A stretch of 64,000 bases of DNA from an uncultured bacterium (GTDB taxonomy: Bacteria > Armatimonadota > Abditibacteriia > Abditibacteriales > Abditibacteriaceae). Under the pieces are notes generated by a model that saw nothing but the letters and a program-made list of their open reading frames with translations, made no database searches and was not told where the DNA came from. Below, one piece after another: positions 9,417 to 20,631 of this stretch. Position numbers and translations under genes: made by a program. The stretch covers positions 2,294,001 to 2,358,000 of the forward strand of contig CAWJLW010000006.1 in the NCBI GenBank assembly GCA_963843795.1, in the 5' to 3' direction. Each line of letters starts with the position of its first letter. Position 1 is the stretch's first letter.

Positions 9417-11391
9417 ATGAACTCGATTTTGAAATATGGGCGTGCTACGAAAAATCGATTTCGGAGTTATTTTATGGTGCGTGTTCTACAATCATCGCGC
9501 TCACTTTATTGGGTACCCGCCAGCTTCATTTTGCTTCTTGCGTTAATCTACGCGTTCAGCGCGCGCATTTTGCTCAGTGGTTTTTATCAGGTGGAAGAAA
9601 CCAATGCCCTGACTAACGGAGTGCGACTTCAAAATACGCTGGACAATGCGGTTGCTTCTCTCGATACCACGGCTTTATCTTGGGCGCATTGGGATCAGGC
9701 GCTGAATTTCCTTGAAGACCCCAATAACCCTTCGAACCAAGAATTTGTGAAAAGTGAACTCACTACCGAATCTTTGGTACCCACACAAAGCCATGCGGCG
9801 GCTTATATAGATTCGCGTGGCCGCATCTTATACGCAACAGGATTAGATTTCAAGACGTTGAAAACCAAGCCTTTTCCGCCAGAGCTGCGCGCTCAATTGA
9901 AGCCAGGCAGCCCACTCTTGAAATTGCCTACTCCCAGTAGTTTTGTGCGCGGTTTAGTGCAGATACCCGAAGGCATTCTATTGGTAGCAGTCCGTCCTGT
10001 TACCAACTCTAAAGGCACCGGAAAAATTGGCGGCGCCTTTTTATTGGCGCGCTTTATCGACGCGGATTTGATTCAGCAGATGTCCGCTCAAGTTCAATTA
10101 CCAATTTCTTTGCACGCGATTTCCGATCATATGCCATCTGATTTTCGAATGGCTAATCAGAAAATCCAAGAACAGAAAGACAATACGAGCTTTCGCCTTC
10201 CCCTGAACTCCGATGTCAACGTCGTTTTTGTACGTTCGCCCGATATTTATGGACGGCCAGTGCTATTGTCTCGTATGGAAACACCCCGCAACGTATACCA
10301 GCAAGGTTTGGCCAGCTTGCGCACACTGGTAATTACCATGCTCGTAATCGGCAGTATTTCTGGCCTTGCGTTATTTTTGACGCAGCGCTCGCTCGAGCGA
10401 GCGCGAAACGAACAACGCGAACACGACGCTTTGTATCGCTCGTTAACACTCAATTCCAGCGACGTCTTATTTGCGCTCGATTCAAAAGAAAATATGCTTT
10501 GGTTCGGCGATACACAAAGATTCTTCGGAGTAGAAGAGCCAAGCGAAAACAATCTCGAGTACATGGCTGCAACGCTTACATCCCGATGACCGCGAAATTT
10601 GTGCAGCAGTTTTACGTAATCTCGAACCGGGAAATTTTTCCGGCGAATACCGCTTAATGCGCGATGACGAGACCGTTTACATACTGCTGCGCGGAAAAAT
10701 TTTATCCGGTAAAAATGTGACGGCGCAACGTGGGGAATTCCGGATCGTGGGTGCAGCAACCGATATCACAGCGCGTAAAAAAAGTGAGCTGGAAAAAGAA
10801 GTCTTACTCAAAGAAATTCATCATCGTGTCAAAAATAATATGCAAGTCATTTCTTCGATGCTCAATTTGCAATCATCCTATCTGACCGACCCCAACTTGC
10901 GCGCAACTTTTCAAGACTCACAAAACCGCATCAAAAGCATGGCTCTCATCCACGAGCGTTTATACGGGCAAAACGACTTTGCCCTCATCGATTTCGCAGG
11001 TTACCTCGAGCAATTGACGCGCAGCTTGGTTCGCACTTATCGTACTGGACAAGTCGAATTGTCACTCGATCTTCAATCCGTCGAACTTGATGTGGACCGC
11101 GCAGTCCCCTGCGGGCTGATCGTTAACGAGTTGGTGTCAAACGCCTTGAAACACGCTTTCCCAACCAATAAAGGAAATTTACACGTCAGTTTAAAATATG
11201 ATAATCAAAACATTGTTCTGGGCGTGGAAGACGATGGCATCGGTTTTCCTCAAGACCTCGATTTCCGTGATTGCGATTCTTTGGGCTTGCAATTGGTCGA
11301 CGATTTCAGCGCACAAATCGGTGGCAAAGTCATTTTAGAACGCACAGTGCCCGGAACGCGTTGGAACGTGGTTTTCCCTGAAAAAAGATAA
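9417..11391 (+). pseudogene. CHASE4-PAS-HisKA_2 sensor histidine kinase split by an apparent +1 frameshift (real or sequencing error)
   Basis: 5' ORF has two TM helices flanking a CHASE4-like region (WAHWD). The downstream frame opens after 10533 and reads WLQRLHPDDR (PAS_3), then LLKEIHHRVKNNMQVISS and an HATPase with DDGIG. Confidence 0.8.
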
Positions 11392-11494
11392 TTTTTGTGA
11401 GTGGCAAGTACTTGCTACTCAATTTGCACCTGCAGTTGCTGGAACCAAAATAATACTATGATGCCTGGTATTTTTAAGGCATAACCAAATAGAT

Positions 11495-13714
11495 ATGATA
11501 GACACCACAGAAGCAGGCACGACAAAAAGTAATTCTTCCATGGGACGAATTCTCATTGTAGAAGACGAGCGTATTGTCGCGCGTGATATCCAGGCCACAC
11601 TGCGCCGTCTGGGTTACGAAGTTCCTACATTAGCTTCTTCCTTCGACACGGCATTAGAAAAAGCCGCTCTGGTGCGTCCCGATTTGGTGTTGCAAGATAT
11701 TAACATCGAAGGCGAGCACGATGGTATCGAGACGGCTATTCAATTGCGCGAACAATTCGATATTCCGGTTATTTTCCTCACTGCTTATTCGGATGACGAA
11801 ACGCTGGATCGTGCCAAAGCTGCGCTGCCTTTTGGGTTTTTACTCAAGCCTTTTGAAGAGCGCGAACTTCTCGCTGCCATCGAAATGGCTTTTTATAAAC
11901 ACGATTCTGAGCGTCGGCTGCGCGAAAGCGAAGCCCGCGCGCGGCGTAGTGAAGCTCAGCTTGCGACGACTCTGCGTTCCATTGGCGATGGTGTTATCGC
12001 TGTCGATCTCAACGGCGCTATCACTTTCATCAATCCGGTCGCCGAAGAGATGACCGGCTGGCAGCAAGTGGAAAACCAAACATTAAATTTCGATCAGGTA
12101 TTTCGAATTTTAGACGAAAACACGCGACAATTATTGCCCAGCCCGTTAGAATACGTGCAGCAAAATGGCAAGTCGACTCTGGGACGTCAGAGCATGCTTT
12201 TGCAGGCGCGCGACAAAACGGAAAAGCCAATTGATTTCAACGCTTCACCGATGTTTGATGAAGACAAGATGACAGGTTTCGTTGTCGCTTTCCGCGATAT
12301 CAGCGAACGCAAACTGCTCGAAGAACGCCTTTTGTATCAAGCGTTTCACGACCCGCTTACCCGTTTGCCTAACCGTGCCTTGTTTTCCAACCGGTTGCGC
12401 CAGGCTTTGGAAGTCGCCGGACGAACTCAATCGCAGATTGCGGTTTTGTTCATCGACATGGACAATTTCAAACTGGTCAACGATTCCATGGGCCATGCGG
12501 TTGGCGATTCGATGCTCATCGAAGTTGGCCAACGTTTGGGGCGCGCTTTGCGCGCCAGCGATACGGCTTCGCGATTTGGCGGCGATGAATTTACCATTTT
12601 ACTGGAAAGGGCTGCGGATGCGGTTGCCTTAGCCGAACGCTTGTTACAGATTTTGCAAGAACCTTTTCACTTGGAAGGACAAATCGTATATTCCTCACCC
12701 AGCATTGGTGTCGCTATCGGTAATAGCGACCAAACGGCCGACGAACTGTTACGCCACGCCGATGTCGCGATGTATAACGCGAAAAAGAGTGGGCGCGCTT
12801 GCTATGCGATGTATGAAAATGGCCTTTCCGAAACGACCCTGCGCCGCTTGCGCCTGGGGAACGAATTACGACAAGCCTTGGAAAATAGTGAATTAGAACT
12901 TCATTATCAACCCAAGATTGACCTGCGCACCAATCAAATTAGCGGAGTTGAAGCGCTGGCTCGCTGGAACCATCCGACGCGAGGAGCCGTTTCTCCCACA
13001 GAATTCGTTCCTTTAGCAGAAGAAATCGGCTTGGCGGCTCCGCTGGGACGTTGGGTTTTGCGCCGTGCCTGCGAGCAGGTATGCGAGTGGGATGCTCTTG
13101 ACACACCCCATCTGTTGGAAATGAACACAGACACTTCTCCTCAACAACCTCAAGAAGAGAATCGTGTTGTCACGCGGATGCAAATAAACGTGAACTTATC
13201 GCCTCGACAACTCAAATATTCTGGTCTGGTAGATGATGTAGCTCAGGTCCTACGCGAAACTGGCCTGGCACCCGAACGCCTGATGTTAGAGATCACGGAA
13301 GATGCGGTGATGGATTCCGCAGACGAAAATCTATTAAGCGTGCTAAGCGCGCTCAAGGCGTTAGGCGTTCGTTTGGCTATCGACGATTTTGGAACCGGCT
13401 ACTCTAACCTGTCCTATCTCAATAAGTTCCCTTTGGATACGCTAAAAATTGACCGTTGTTTTGTGTCCGGCATAAAGGAAAATTCCAGCGATGCGACTAT
13501 TTTGCAATCGATGATCGAACTGGCCCATGCGCTGCAAATGAGCGTCGTGGCCGAAGGCGCTGAAACCAGCGAAGAAGTCGTGCAATTACGCGCACTGGAA
13601 TGTGATACCGTGCAAGGCTTTTATTTTGCGCATCCGATGCCCGCTCATGAAATCACAGCTTTTGCCAGCGGACATGCGCTTTCCTTTTCGCTTCCCACAA
13701 ATTCAACGTCATAA
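11495..13714 (+). CDS. Response regulator REC-PAS-GGDEF-EAL (diguanylate cyclase/phosphodiesterase)
   Basis: RILIVEDE receiver, PAS (SIGDGVI), HDPLTRLPNR, intact GGDEF, VEALARW and IDDFGTGYS. Confidence 0.95.
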   Translation: MIDTTEAGTTKSNSSMGRILIVEDERIVARDIQATLRRLGYEVPTLASSFDTALEKAALVRPDLVLQDINIEGEHDGIETAIQLREQFDIPVIFLTAYSDDETLDRAKAALPFGFLLKPFEERELLAAIEMAFYKHDSERRLRESEARARRSEAQLATTLRSIGDGVIAVDLNGAITFINPVAEEMTGWQQVENQTLNFDQVFRILDENTRQLLPSPLEYVQQNGKSTLGRQSMLLQARDKTEKPIDFNASPMFDEDKMTGFVVAFRDISERKLLEERLLYQAFHDPLTRLPNRALFSNRLRQALEVAGRTQSQIAVLFIDMDNFKLVNDSMGHAVGDSMLIEVGQRLGRALRASDTASRFGGDEFTILLERAADAVALAERLLQILQEPFHLEGQIVYSSPSIGVAIGNSDQTADELLRHADVAMYNAKKSGRACYAMYENGLSETTLRRLRLGNELRQALENSELELHYQPKIDLRTNQISGVEALARWNHPTRGAVSPTEFVPLAEEIGLAAPLGRWVLRRACEQVCEWDALDTPHLLEMNTDTSPQQPQEENRVVTRMQINVNLSPRQLKYSGLVDDVAQVLRETGLAPERLMLEITEDAVMDSADENLLSVLSALKALGVRLAIDDFGTGYSNLSYLNKFPLDTLKIDRCFVSGIKENSSDATILQSMIELAHALQMSVVAEGAETSEEVVQLRALECDTVQGFYFAHPMPAHEITAFASGHALSFSLPTNSTS

Positions 13715-13813
13715 TATGCCTTGCAAGTACTTGCAGCGACTTGCAGGGCGCCTGTAGTGATTGCTATAATGGTCTGTGTTCGGACGGGTAACCGAATAGA
13801 TTTCCGCCCTTCA

Positions 13814-13885
13814 GGGCGATTAACTCAGCGGGAGAGTGCTACCTTCACACGGTAGAAGTCGCTGGTTCGATCCCAGCATCGCCCA
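13814..13885 (+). tRNA. tRNA-Val (CAC), CCA not encoded
   Basis: GGGCGAT TAACTCAGCGGGAGAGT G CTACC TT-CAC-AC GGTAG AAGTC GCTGG TTCGATC CCAGC ATCGCCC A. Confidence 0.95.
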
Positions 13886-13888
13886 TCG

Positions 13889-13924
13889 AAAACGCGCCCT
13901 GCAAGTACTTGCAGGGCGCGTTTT
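13889..13924. terminator. 36-bp perfect palindrome on the motif; terminator candidate after tRNA-Val
   Basis: AAAACGCGCCCTGCAAGT|ACTTGCAGGGCGCGTTTT. Confidence 0.7.
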
Positions 13925-13959
13925 GCCTTTAACATCGCAAGTGACAGTGAGAAAAAGTT

Positions 13960-14694
13960 ATGCGATTTCTTCGAACACAACTTTCCAGCACGCGAAAATT
14001 GGGTTTCACGCTCATCGAGCTTTTGGTCGTGATAGCTATTATCGCGATTCTCGCGGCGATATTGTTCCCCGTTTTTGCACGGGCGCGCGAAAACGCGCGC
14101 CGAGCAAGCTGTCAATCGAACCTGAAGCAGGTTGGCTTGGGCTTGATTCAGTACTCTCAAGATTACGACGATGTGTTGGTGCGCGCCTGGTATGGTAGCA
14201 ACGGTGCCAGCAACGCTACCACAGCTTACAAATGGATGGACGCGATTTATCCATATATCAAAAGCGAACAGGTTTTCAACTGTCCCAGCCATTCTTTTAA
14301 AGCGCCCGCCGCGCCTTACAAATTTCGCAGCGGCACCAGTTACGGTTCTTACGCGATCAACGCGTCTTATTGGGGAGACGAGGATTTTGAAAAATCGCCA
14401 GCTGGTGAACTCGACACGAGTCTGGCCTCGATTCAAGATTCCAGCGGTTGTGTCTGGATTGGCGATGGCAGCGCACACTTCGAGTTCGCGTGGGAAAATA
14501 AAGACGATCAGCCGTCAGTTAAAGTTGACCCGACTGGCTTGCGTTATCTCGATTATCTTGTCGAACGCCATCTGAGCACAGTTCCTCTGCTCTATTGCGA
14601 TGGCCACGTCAAATCGGTCAAGCTCGATAGTCTGGTTAAAAAGAACGCTGCTGGCGCTTATCCCGTTTTCACGATTCAAGACGATAACGTTTAA
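13960..14694 (+). CDS. DUF1559 / prepilin-type N-terminal cleavage-methylation protein with H-X9-DG motif
   Basis: [43 protein letters not shown] and RH-x9-DGHVK. Confidence 0.95.
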   Translation: MRFLRTQLSSTRKLGFTLIELLVVIAIIAILAAILFPVFARARENARRASCQSNLKQVGLGLIQYSQDYDDVLVRAWYGSNGASNATTAYKWMDAIYPYIKSEQVFNCPSHSFKAPAAPYKFRSGTSYGSYAINASYWGDEDFEKSPAGELDTSLASIQDSSGCVWIGDGSAHFEFAWENKDDQPSVKVDPTGLRYLDYLVERHLSTVPLLYCDGHVKSVKLDSLVKKNAAGAYPVFTIQDDNV

Positions 14695-14711
14695 GGCTCC
14701 CTGCACACTTG

Positions 14712-14743
14712 AAAGCGCGTGGCAAGTACTTGCCACGCGCTTT
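14712..14743. terminator. 32-bp perfect palindrome between convergent genes
   Basis: AAAGCGCGTGGCAAGT|ACTTGCCACGCGCTTT followed by a T-run. Confidence 0.7.
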
Positions 14744-14749
14744 TTTGCG

Positions 14750-17581
14750 TTAAGGTAATGCACTTTCAATAGCCTGTTGAGGTTTGAGACGCGAGCCGGA
14801 CACGTATTGCGCTTCAAATTCTTCGGCGCCCAGAGCCATGCGCGCGGCAGTTTCTTGAGCTTTTAAAATGGTTTGCCAATCGTCGTTGTAGTATCCAGCG
14901 CGCGTGGCATCGCCCGCGCCCAGCATGCGCGCGACAAGCGACCAGTTGCCTTCCAATGCGTATAAATACACCAACAAATTCAGAATGAGCACAAAACCGC
15001 TATAGGCGGAGTTCTCCACATAGTTAGTGTAGCTGGCGCGTATCAATTCACGCGCGCGCACCAAGTCACCTTCGTGCAGCGCCATTAGCGCCGCGTCGTA
15101 ACGATACCAGCCCAGCACAACCGAGCGGTCGCCGCTAGCTTCAGCGCGCTGCAAGACTTCTTCAAAAATCGAACGTGCCTGCGCGATATGTCCCGTATCG
15201 GCCAACAATTGGCCATATTTATTGAGACCAAAAGTCAAGCCGCTTTCATCATTGGAAGCACGCTTTAGGGCCAAGCTTTCTTCCATCAGCGCATAGGCTT
15301 CATCAATGCGGCCCGCTTTGGTCAGAATTTCGACGTGCAGAATCATGGCGTCGTTGAGTTCGGCCTCGTACCGTTTAACTTCCTGCACGTCCAAAGTGTG
15401 TTCGCGCGCTTGCTCTACACACAAATTGCGCAGTGCCAGAACCTCTGTGCCATGATGCAGCGCCGCTTCAATGCGACCTTCTTTCACTGCGTCCCACATT
15501 CGTTGATCGTGAGCAATTGCCTGAAATTCAGGCAATTGCGCTTCATTAGCCAAAGTATCCAGTTCTTGAAGGCGTACCGCGTGAGACGACCAATTGGCGC
15601 GATTGCGCTCGGCTTGAACGAGAAAATGCAGCGCACGACAACGCGCCGTCACTTCACCGGTGGGGGCAGCGCGCAGCACAGCTTCCAGACGTTCGAACTG
15701 TTCATTAGTATTGCCCAGTCGATTCCATAACACCGTGGCCCCGGCGGTTAATTGAAGCGCATCGGCGGGCCGCGCACCCAGGCTCCAGTTCCAAGCCGCG
15801 CGCCAGTTGTCGGCTTCAACTTCAAACAATCGCAAAGAGTGCTCAAGCGCGCTACTCATTTCAGCTTCGCGCAGTTGCGTCGACTCGAAGCACCATGCCA
15901 GATGGCGTTCGCGCAGGGTTTCGATTTCACTAGCCGCTTCCAATTCTTCCAACGCGAATTGGCGGATTGTTTCCAGCATTCCAAAGCGGGGTTGGTCATC
16001 GACATCATCGTAGCGCACCAGCAAACTTTGATTTAAAAGCGAATTCACAGCATCAAAAACATCGAACTGCGCCGTGCTATCCTTGCACACTTGCTCGGCA
16101 CTGGCGAAATCGAAACCTCCGCGAAAAACGCCCAAGCGACGGAACAGACATTTTTCTTCATCATCGAGCAAATCATAGCTCCAAGCGATAGCCGCGCGCA
16201 AAGTACGCTGTCGAGCAGCCATATCGCGGGCGCCGCCGACGAGAAACGAAAGACCTTTTCCCAGGCGGTCCAGCATCATCGCAGGCGGTAACAATTTGAT
16301 GCGTGCTGCGGCCAGTTCGATGGCCAGTGGAAGGCCATCGAGACGCCGACAAATTTCCGCAAGAGCAACCGCGTTTTCTTCGTTGACCGAAAAATCCGGC
16401 TTGACGGCTCGCGCCCGCGCGACGAACAAGGCTACCGCCGCACACTGCCCTAATTCCGCCGCATCCGGCGCGGGATTTCTCTGGGGCAGCGCCAATGGCG
16501 CAATAGGAATTTGCTGTTCGCCTCTTAAGTTCAGAGGCACGCGACTGGTGGCTAAAATTTGCAGATTCGGACAATGCGCGCTCCAATGCGCCACGATGCC
16601 CGCGCCACTGACCAGATGCTCGAAATTGTCCAGCACCAACAGCATTTTAGGCCCGTTGAGCCGAGCCACAAGTTGCTCGCCCAGGTTCTGTGCTCCGTCG
16701 TCGCGCAAACCGAACTCGCGCGCTACAGCTCCCACAATGGCATCTTTGACGGCTTCCAATGCCAAGCTTCTGTCCGGAAGCGGCACCGGGGCAAGCGGGA
16801 CAAAGCAAACTCCACCTTCCCATAAGTCAAGGGTCCGATCGGCGATTTCAAGTGAAAGCCGAGTTTTGCCACTGCCGCCCGGTCCTAACAAAGTCGTCAA
16901 ACGTTGTCCCGATTTCAAAAGCGCACCGATCGTTTCCAGTTCGCGCTCGCGCCCCAAAATCGGTAGCAAACGCTCGGGCAGATTGTGAAGTCGATGATTC
17001 AAAGTGCGCAGTGGTGGAAATTCCGCAGGCAAACCTTCAATGCACAGCTCGAAAATGGTTTCGGGTCGCGGAAAATCTTTCAAGCGATGCGCGCCTCGGT
17101 CACGTATCGTACAGTCGGGCAACTCATCGTTCAAAAAAGCGACCGCTGCGCTCGAAAGCAAAACCTGTCCGCCGTGTGCAGCGCTCATCAGGCGCGCGGT
17201 GCGATGCAAATCGATGCCAACATAATCGGTTCCAATAGGCGTCGGTTCGCCACAATGCAGGCCCATGCGCACCTGCAACGGCAAACCCACGGGCCACGGA
17301 AAGGCCTGAAGTTCGCGCTGCGCTTGAACAATCGCGGCGACGGCCTTATGAACGTCGTGAAAAACCGCAAAAAACGCGTCGCCCTGTGTATCGACTTCAA
17401 TTCCCTCGTGAGCCGCAAACGCAGCGCGCAAAATGCGCTGGTGCGCTTGAAAATATTCGACATAGCCATCACTCAGTTCGTGCAGTAAAGCCGTCGAACC
17501 CTCGATATCAGTGAACAAAAGCGCCAGCATACCATCGGGCAAACCGGGTTTCATATCTACATTCAGAGTTTGCTCACTCAT
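14750..17581 (-). CDS. Class III adenylate/guanylate cyclase fused to NB-ARC/STAND-type NTPase and TPR-like region
   Basis: LLFTDIEGST and GDAFFAVF (cyclase), GPGGSGKT Walker A, LLVLDNFEH Walker B, LDGLPLAIELAA. Confidence 0.92.
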   Translation of the reverse strand: MSEQTLNVDMKPGLPDGMLALLFTDIEGSTALLHELSDGYVEYFQAHQRILRAAFAAHEGIEVDTQGDAFFAVFHDVHKAVAAIVQAQRELQAFPWPVGLPLQVRMGLHCGEPTPIGTDYVGIDLHRTARLMSAAHGGQVLLSSAAVAFLNDELPDCTIRDRGAHRLKDFPRPETIFELCIEGLPAEFPPLRTLNHRLHNLPERLLPILGRERELETIGALLKSGQRLTTLLGPGGSGKTRLSLEIADRTLDLWEGGVCFVPLAPVPLPDRSLALEAVKDAIVGAVAREFGLRDDGAQNLGEQLVARLNGPKMLLVLDNFEHLVSGAGIVAHWSAHCPNLQILATSRVPLNLRGEQQIPIAPLALPQRNPAPDAAELGQCAAVALFVARARAVKPDFSVNEENAVALAEICRRLDGLPLAIELAAARIKLLPPAMMLDRLGKGLSFLVGGARDMAARQRTLRAAIAWSYDLLDDEEKCLFRRLGVFRGGFDFASAEQVCKDSTAQFDVFDAVNSLLNQSLLVRYDDVDDQPRFGMLETIRQFALEELEAASEIETLRERHLAWCFESTQLREAEMSSALEHSLRLFEVEADNWRAAWNWSLGARPADALQLTAGATVLWNRLGNTNEQFERLEAVLRAAPTGEVTARCRALHFLVQAERNRANWSSHAVRLQELDTLANEAQLPEFQAIAHDQRMWDAVKEGRIEAALHHGTEVLALRNLCVEQAREHTLDVQEVKRYEAELNDAMILHVEILTKAGRIDEAYALMEESLALKRASNDESGLTFGLNKYGQLLADTGHIAQARSIFEEVLQRAEASGDRSVVLGWYRYDAALMALHEGDLVRARELIRASYTNYVENSAYSGFVLILNLLVYLYALEGNWSLVARMLGAGDATRAGYYNDDWQTILKAQETAARMALGAEEFEAQYVSGSRLKPQQAIESALP

Positions 17582-17749
17582 ACAAATCACCAACCGGTTA
17601 GCACATAGCTTGTTCGTTCTCACACTTTTCCCAATCGCGCCACACACGAATTGGACAGCAAAACGCTATAAAACATTTTACATTATCTTCTGGTAAAAGT
17701 GCCCGAATTCACAAAAACGCGCGAAATTCATCAGCGCCGATACAAATTA

Positions 17750-17795
17750 AAACCACAAAGCGCGCTGCAAGTACTTGCAGCGCGCTTTGTGGTTT
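17750..17795. terminator. 46-bp perfect palindrome on the motif
   Basis: AAACCACAAAGCGCGCTGCAAGT|ACTTGCAGCGCGCTTTGTGGTTT after the stop of 17809..18651(-). Confidence 0.7.
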
Positions 17796-17808
17796 CTCCA
17801 TTCTTTAA

Positions 17809-18651
17809 TTACACACCCCAACCGGCAGCTAGCACCCGTTTGACGCGGTGCCCATCGAAAGCGAAAACAGAAATACTTTCGCCTTCGTAATATTGCGAAC
17901 GCACCACAACTTCCATCGCGCCATCGCCGTTGCTATCGACGCAACTCAAAATTTCGTGACTTTCGGGCGCGCCGAATTCGATGTCTGTCTTCACGATTTC
18001 ACTTTGCAGCGACGCGATTTGCACCGCATTGGTTTTGCGACTGGAATCGTAGAAGCGCACAGCGACCATGCTGTAATCGCCTTTTTTGGCTGTTGGTCGG
18101 CTGCCCATCGCCGCACTCGATTGAGCGCGCAGAAGCACTTCCTCGTTGCCGTCGCCGTTCAAATCAACGCGATAATGCTGCATCAAACGCGCACGGTTGC
18201 CCGTCCAACCCGAACGACGCAGCAAACCTGTCATCGCATTGACGTAAATCGACGATTCCAAAGATTGAGCGCGGGGCGTACGCGGCATCGGAGTGGGCAC
18301 ATTGGCTACGGCCACTGCCATGCCTTCGCCATCGAGCTTGCGACGAGCGGCAGCGAAATAACCACGCGGCACTTCTTCCAGCTGCGCACGGTCGATAACC
18401 GTTTCTCCTCGCCGATCTTTCATATCAAAAAAGCTGAATTTGGTGCCGGGATAAAAAAAAGTTTGAGCCGCGCTATCATTGAGCCATTTTTTCTGACCTG
18501 AATCGTAACCGCCAACGACCCAGATATTTTGCCCGTTGGCGCTCCAACTCGAAAATCCCAACAGCGCTGGTTGTGGGGCAGCATACAAGGGCGCAGTAAC
18601 CGCCGCACTCACTGCACATGTGACGACAAAACGAACAAGCCTTAATTTCAT
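17809..18651 (-). CDS. Secreted hypothetical protein with FG-GAP-like Dx[N/D]GDG motifs
   Basis: Signal peptide, VDLNGDGNEEV and VDSNGDGAMEV. Confidence 0.75.
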   Translation of the reverse strand: MKLRLVRFVVTCAVSAAVTAPLYAAPQPALLGFSSWSANGQNIWVVGGYDSGQKKWLNDSAAQTFFYPGTKFSFFDMKDRRGETVIDRAQLEEVPRGYFAAARRKLDGEGMAVAVANVPTPMPRTPRAQSLESSIYVNAMTGLLRRSGWTGNRARLMQHYRVDLNGDGNEEVLLRAQSSAAMGSRPTAKKGDYSMVAVRFYDSSRKTNAVQIASLQSEIVKTDIEFGAPESHEILSCVDSNGDGAMEVVVRSQYYEGESISVFAFDGHRVKRVLAAGWGV

Positions 18652-18750
18652 AGTTCTTGTTTACCCATTCCTGCAAATTCTTATTCGTGATAGCGCAGTT
18701 TTGGCTCTGCAAGTACTTGCAGAGCCAATTGTTGCAGCAGTTTTTGGGAA

Positions 18751-19620
18751 TTAATACTTTTGCACGATGCGATTACGGCCCTGAGCTTTGGCTTCGTAAA
18801 GTGCGAGATCGGCGCGTTTAATGGTTGCGTCAAGGTGTTCGCCGCAGACAAATTGCGTTAGCCCCGCACTGATGGAAACGTGCATGGAAGCCGGTAATTC
18901 GCGATGAACGAGGGCATAAATGTTGAGGCGCAACCGATCAATAATTCTGAGAGCGGTGGTTTGCGGAATTTCGGGCAGCAAAACCAAAAATTCCTCGCCG
19001 CCCCAGCGCGCGCACATATCGTAGGCGCGCAAATCTTTGGTCATCGCTTGCGAGACGCGCACCAAAACCCTATCACCACAGTCATGACCAGCTAAATCGT
19101 TGATGAGCTTGAAGCGATCGATGTCGATCAAAGCGAGCGCGAATGTAGCCCGACCACGTTCGACCGAGGATTTTTCAGAGGTCAATCGGTCGAGAATCAG
19201 ACGGCGGTTGGGCAAATTCGTAAGCGGGTCGTGCGTCGAAGCGATGCGCAATGCGTCGTTGAGTTCGCGCTGCATATCTTGATAGCGGTCGGAAATGTGA
19301 ACGATGCGATTGAGCTGACGAATTTGTTTCTGGTAACGCTCGGCCATCGAGCTACTGCGCTCGCGCATCACCGTCTGATAGCCATCGGAAATGTTGGCCA
19401 GCTTTTCCAGTTGCGCCAGATAATTCTGGTGGCGCTCCCACAGTTGCGCCAACGTCGCACGCAAAGGATGCGCCTCGAACTGCGCGTCGTTCAGCAATTC
19501 CACGATCTCACTCTCCAAAGCGTCTTTGCGCACTTCAAATTTGCGAGATTTAAGCGATGTGGATGATGCGGATGCTGCAGATGTTCTGGTGACACCGGGT
19601 TTGGAGGTGAGATTGCTCAT
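18751..19620 (-). CDS. siaD: SiaD-like diguanylate cyclase
   Basis: Coiled coil with ISDGYQ/ISDRYQ repeats, HDPLTNLPNRR and RWGGEEF; last gene of a sia-like operon. Confidence 0.88.
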   Translation of the reverse strand: MSNLTSKPGVTRTSAASASSTSLKSRKFEVRKDALESEIVELLNDAQFEAHPLRATLAQLWERHQNYLAQLEKLANISDGYQTVMRERSSSMAERYQKQIRQLNRIVHISDRYQDMQRELNDALRIASTHDPLTNLPNRRLILDRLTSEKSSVERGRATFALALIDIDRFKLINDLAGHDCGDRVLVRVSQAMTKDLRAYDMCARWGGEEFLVLLPEIPQTTALRIIDRLRLNIYALVHRELPASMHVSISAGLTQFVCGEHLDATIKRADLALYEAKAQGRNRIVQKY

Positions 19621-19671
19621 GCGATGGGTCGAACGTTGCGCCCTAATTTTGAAAAGAAAGCACAGCAGGCG

Positions 19672-20058
19672 TTAAGCCTGAGTATTATCATATTGCACGA
19701 TTTCAAATGGAAACGAGCAATCTTCCTTGAATTCCTCGGCCAGTTCAGCGATGCGTTCGTTATTTTCGTCGTAAAACCATATCGTCGAAACTCTCTGATC
19801 TGCATTGTGTGCTTCTTCAAGCAGATCGAAAATATCCATCATCACTTTGACACTGCTCGTATTCAGATAAAGCAAGTGCAATTCGAGTCGCACTGACATT
19901 TCATTTTGCAGGCGCTCTTCGATCCAACCCAGCAAAGGCGTAAAAAACTCGAAAGTATTTTCTGGATAGGAATCGCCACGCATAATGACCGTTCCGCTTT
20001 GCGCCGAAGCGTGAATAGCAGGTGTCGCCTGTGTGGGAGCGAAATCAAGATCGTTCAT
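19672..20058 (-). CDS. siaC: SiaC-like phosphoprotein (DUF1987)
   Basis: TPAI, GDSYPEN, YLNTSSVK and AEEFKEDCSFPF motifs. Confidence 0.9.
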   Translation of the reverse strand: MNDLDFAPTQATPAIHASAQSGTVIMRGDSYPENTFEFFTPLLGWIEERLQNEMSVRLELHLLYLNTSSVKVMMDIFDLLEEAHNADQRVSTIWFYDENNERIAELAEEFKEDCSFPFEIVQYDNTQA

Positions 20059-20090
20059 AAAGGTTGCAAAAGTATCGGTTTCAAACGGCC

Positions 20091-20624
20091 TCACACCACG
20101 ACGCGCAGTGTGAAAAATAACAAACGTCCGGCATTGACCGGACGCAGCGAGCAGGAAAGCGGTTCGCTGGCTTTGCGCGCCATATCGATCAGGCCCAGAC
20201 CAGCGCCCGCGTTATCTGCGCGCGGCTTGCGCAATTGTTGTTTGTATTTCGCCTTGAGCTGCGCTTTGTCTAACGCTGTTAATGACTCGATACGCGCGCG
20301 CAGGTTTTCTCCATCTTCGGCTTCCACAACGTTGCCAGCAGAAATGACATAGCGTCCATCGTTCTGACGCGAAATCACTACAGTCGCCGATAAATCACTG
20401 TCTTCATAGCCATGTGCCGCCGAATAATGCTGAATGTTTTGGGCGATTTCGATATAAATCGCAAAGACATCGCGTGCTGAAGAACTTTCTTCAATTTCGA
20501 TGTGACGCTTGAGGGCGCTACCGATTTCGACGATCAAGCCTTGAGAAAATGGGCCGTTGAAGCACAACAAAATGTGTTTTTGATTGTAAGTTTCGCGCAA
20601 CAAGTACAAATCTGTATGATCCAT
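20091..20624 (-). CDS. siaB: SiaB-like protein kinase
   Basis: FNGPFSQGLI, EIAQNI and GAGLGLIDMARKAS; operon position. Confidence 0.9.
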   Translation of the reverse strand: MDHTDLYLLRETYNQKHILLCFNGPFSQGLIVEIGSALKRHIEIEESSSARDVFAIYIEIAQNIQHYSAAHGYEDSDLSATVVISRQNDGRYVISAGNVVEAEDGENLRARIESLTALDKAQLKAKYKQQLRKPRADNAGAGLGLIDMARKASEPLSCSLRPVNAGRLLFFTLRVVV

Positions 20625-20631
20625 AATGCTT

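Noticed and set aside
9100..13885. Integrative island at tRNA-Val or tRNA-Thr
   Set aside because: No integrase and no duplicated tRNA 3' end (att site) was seen.
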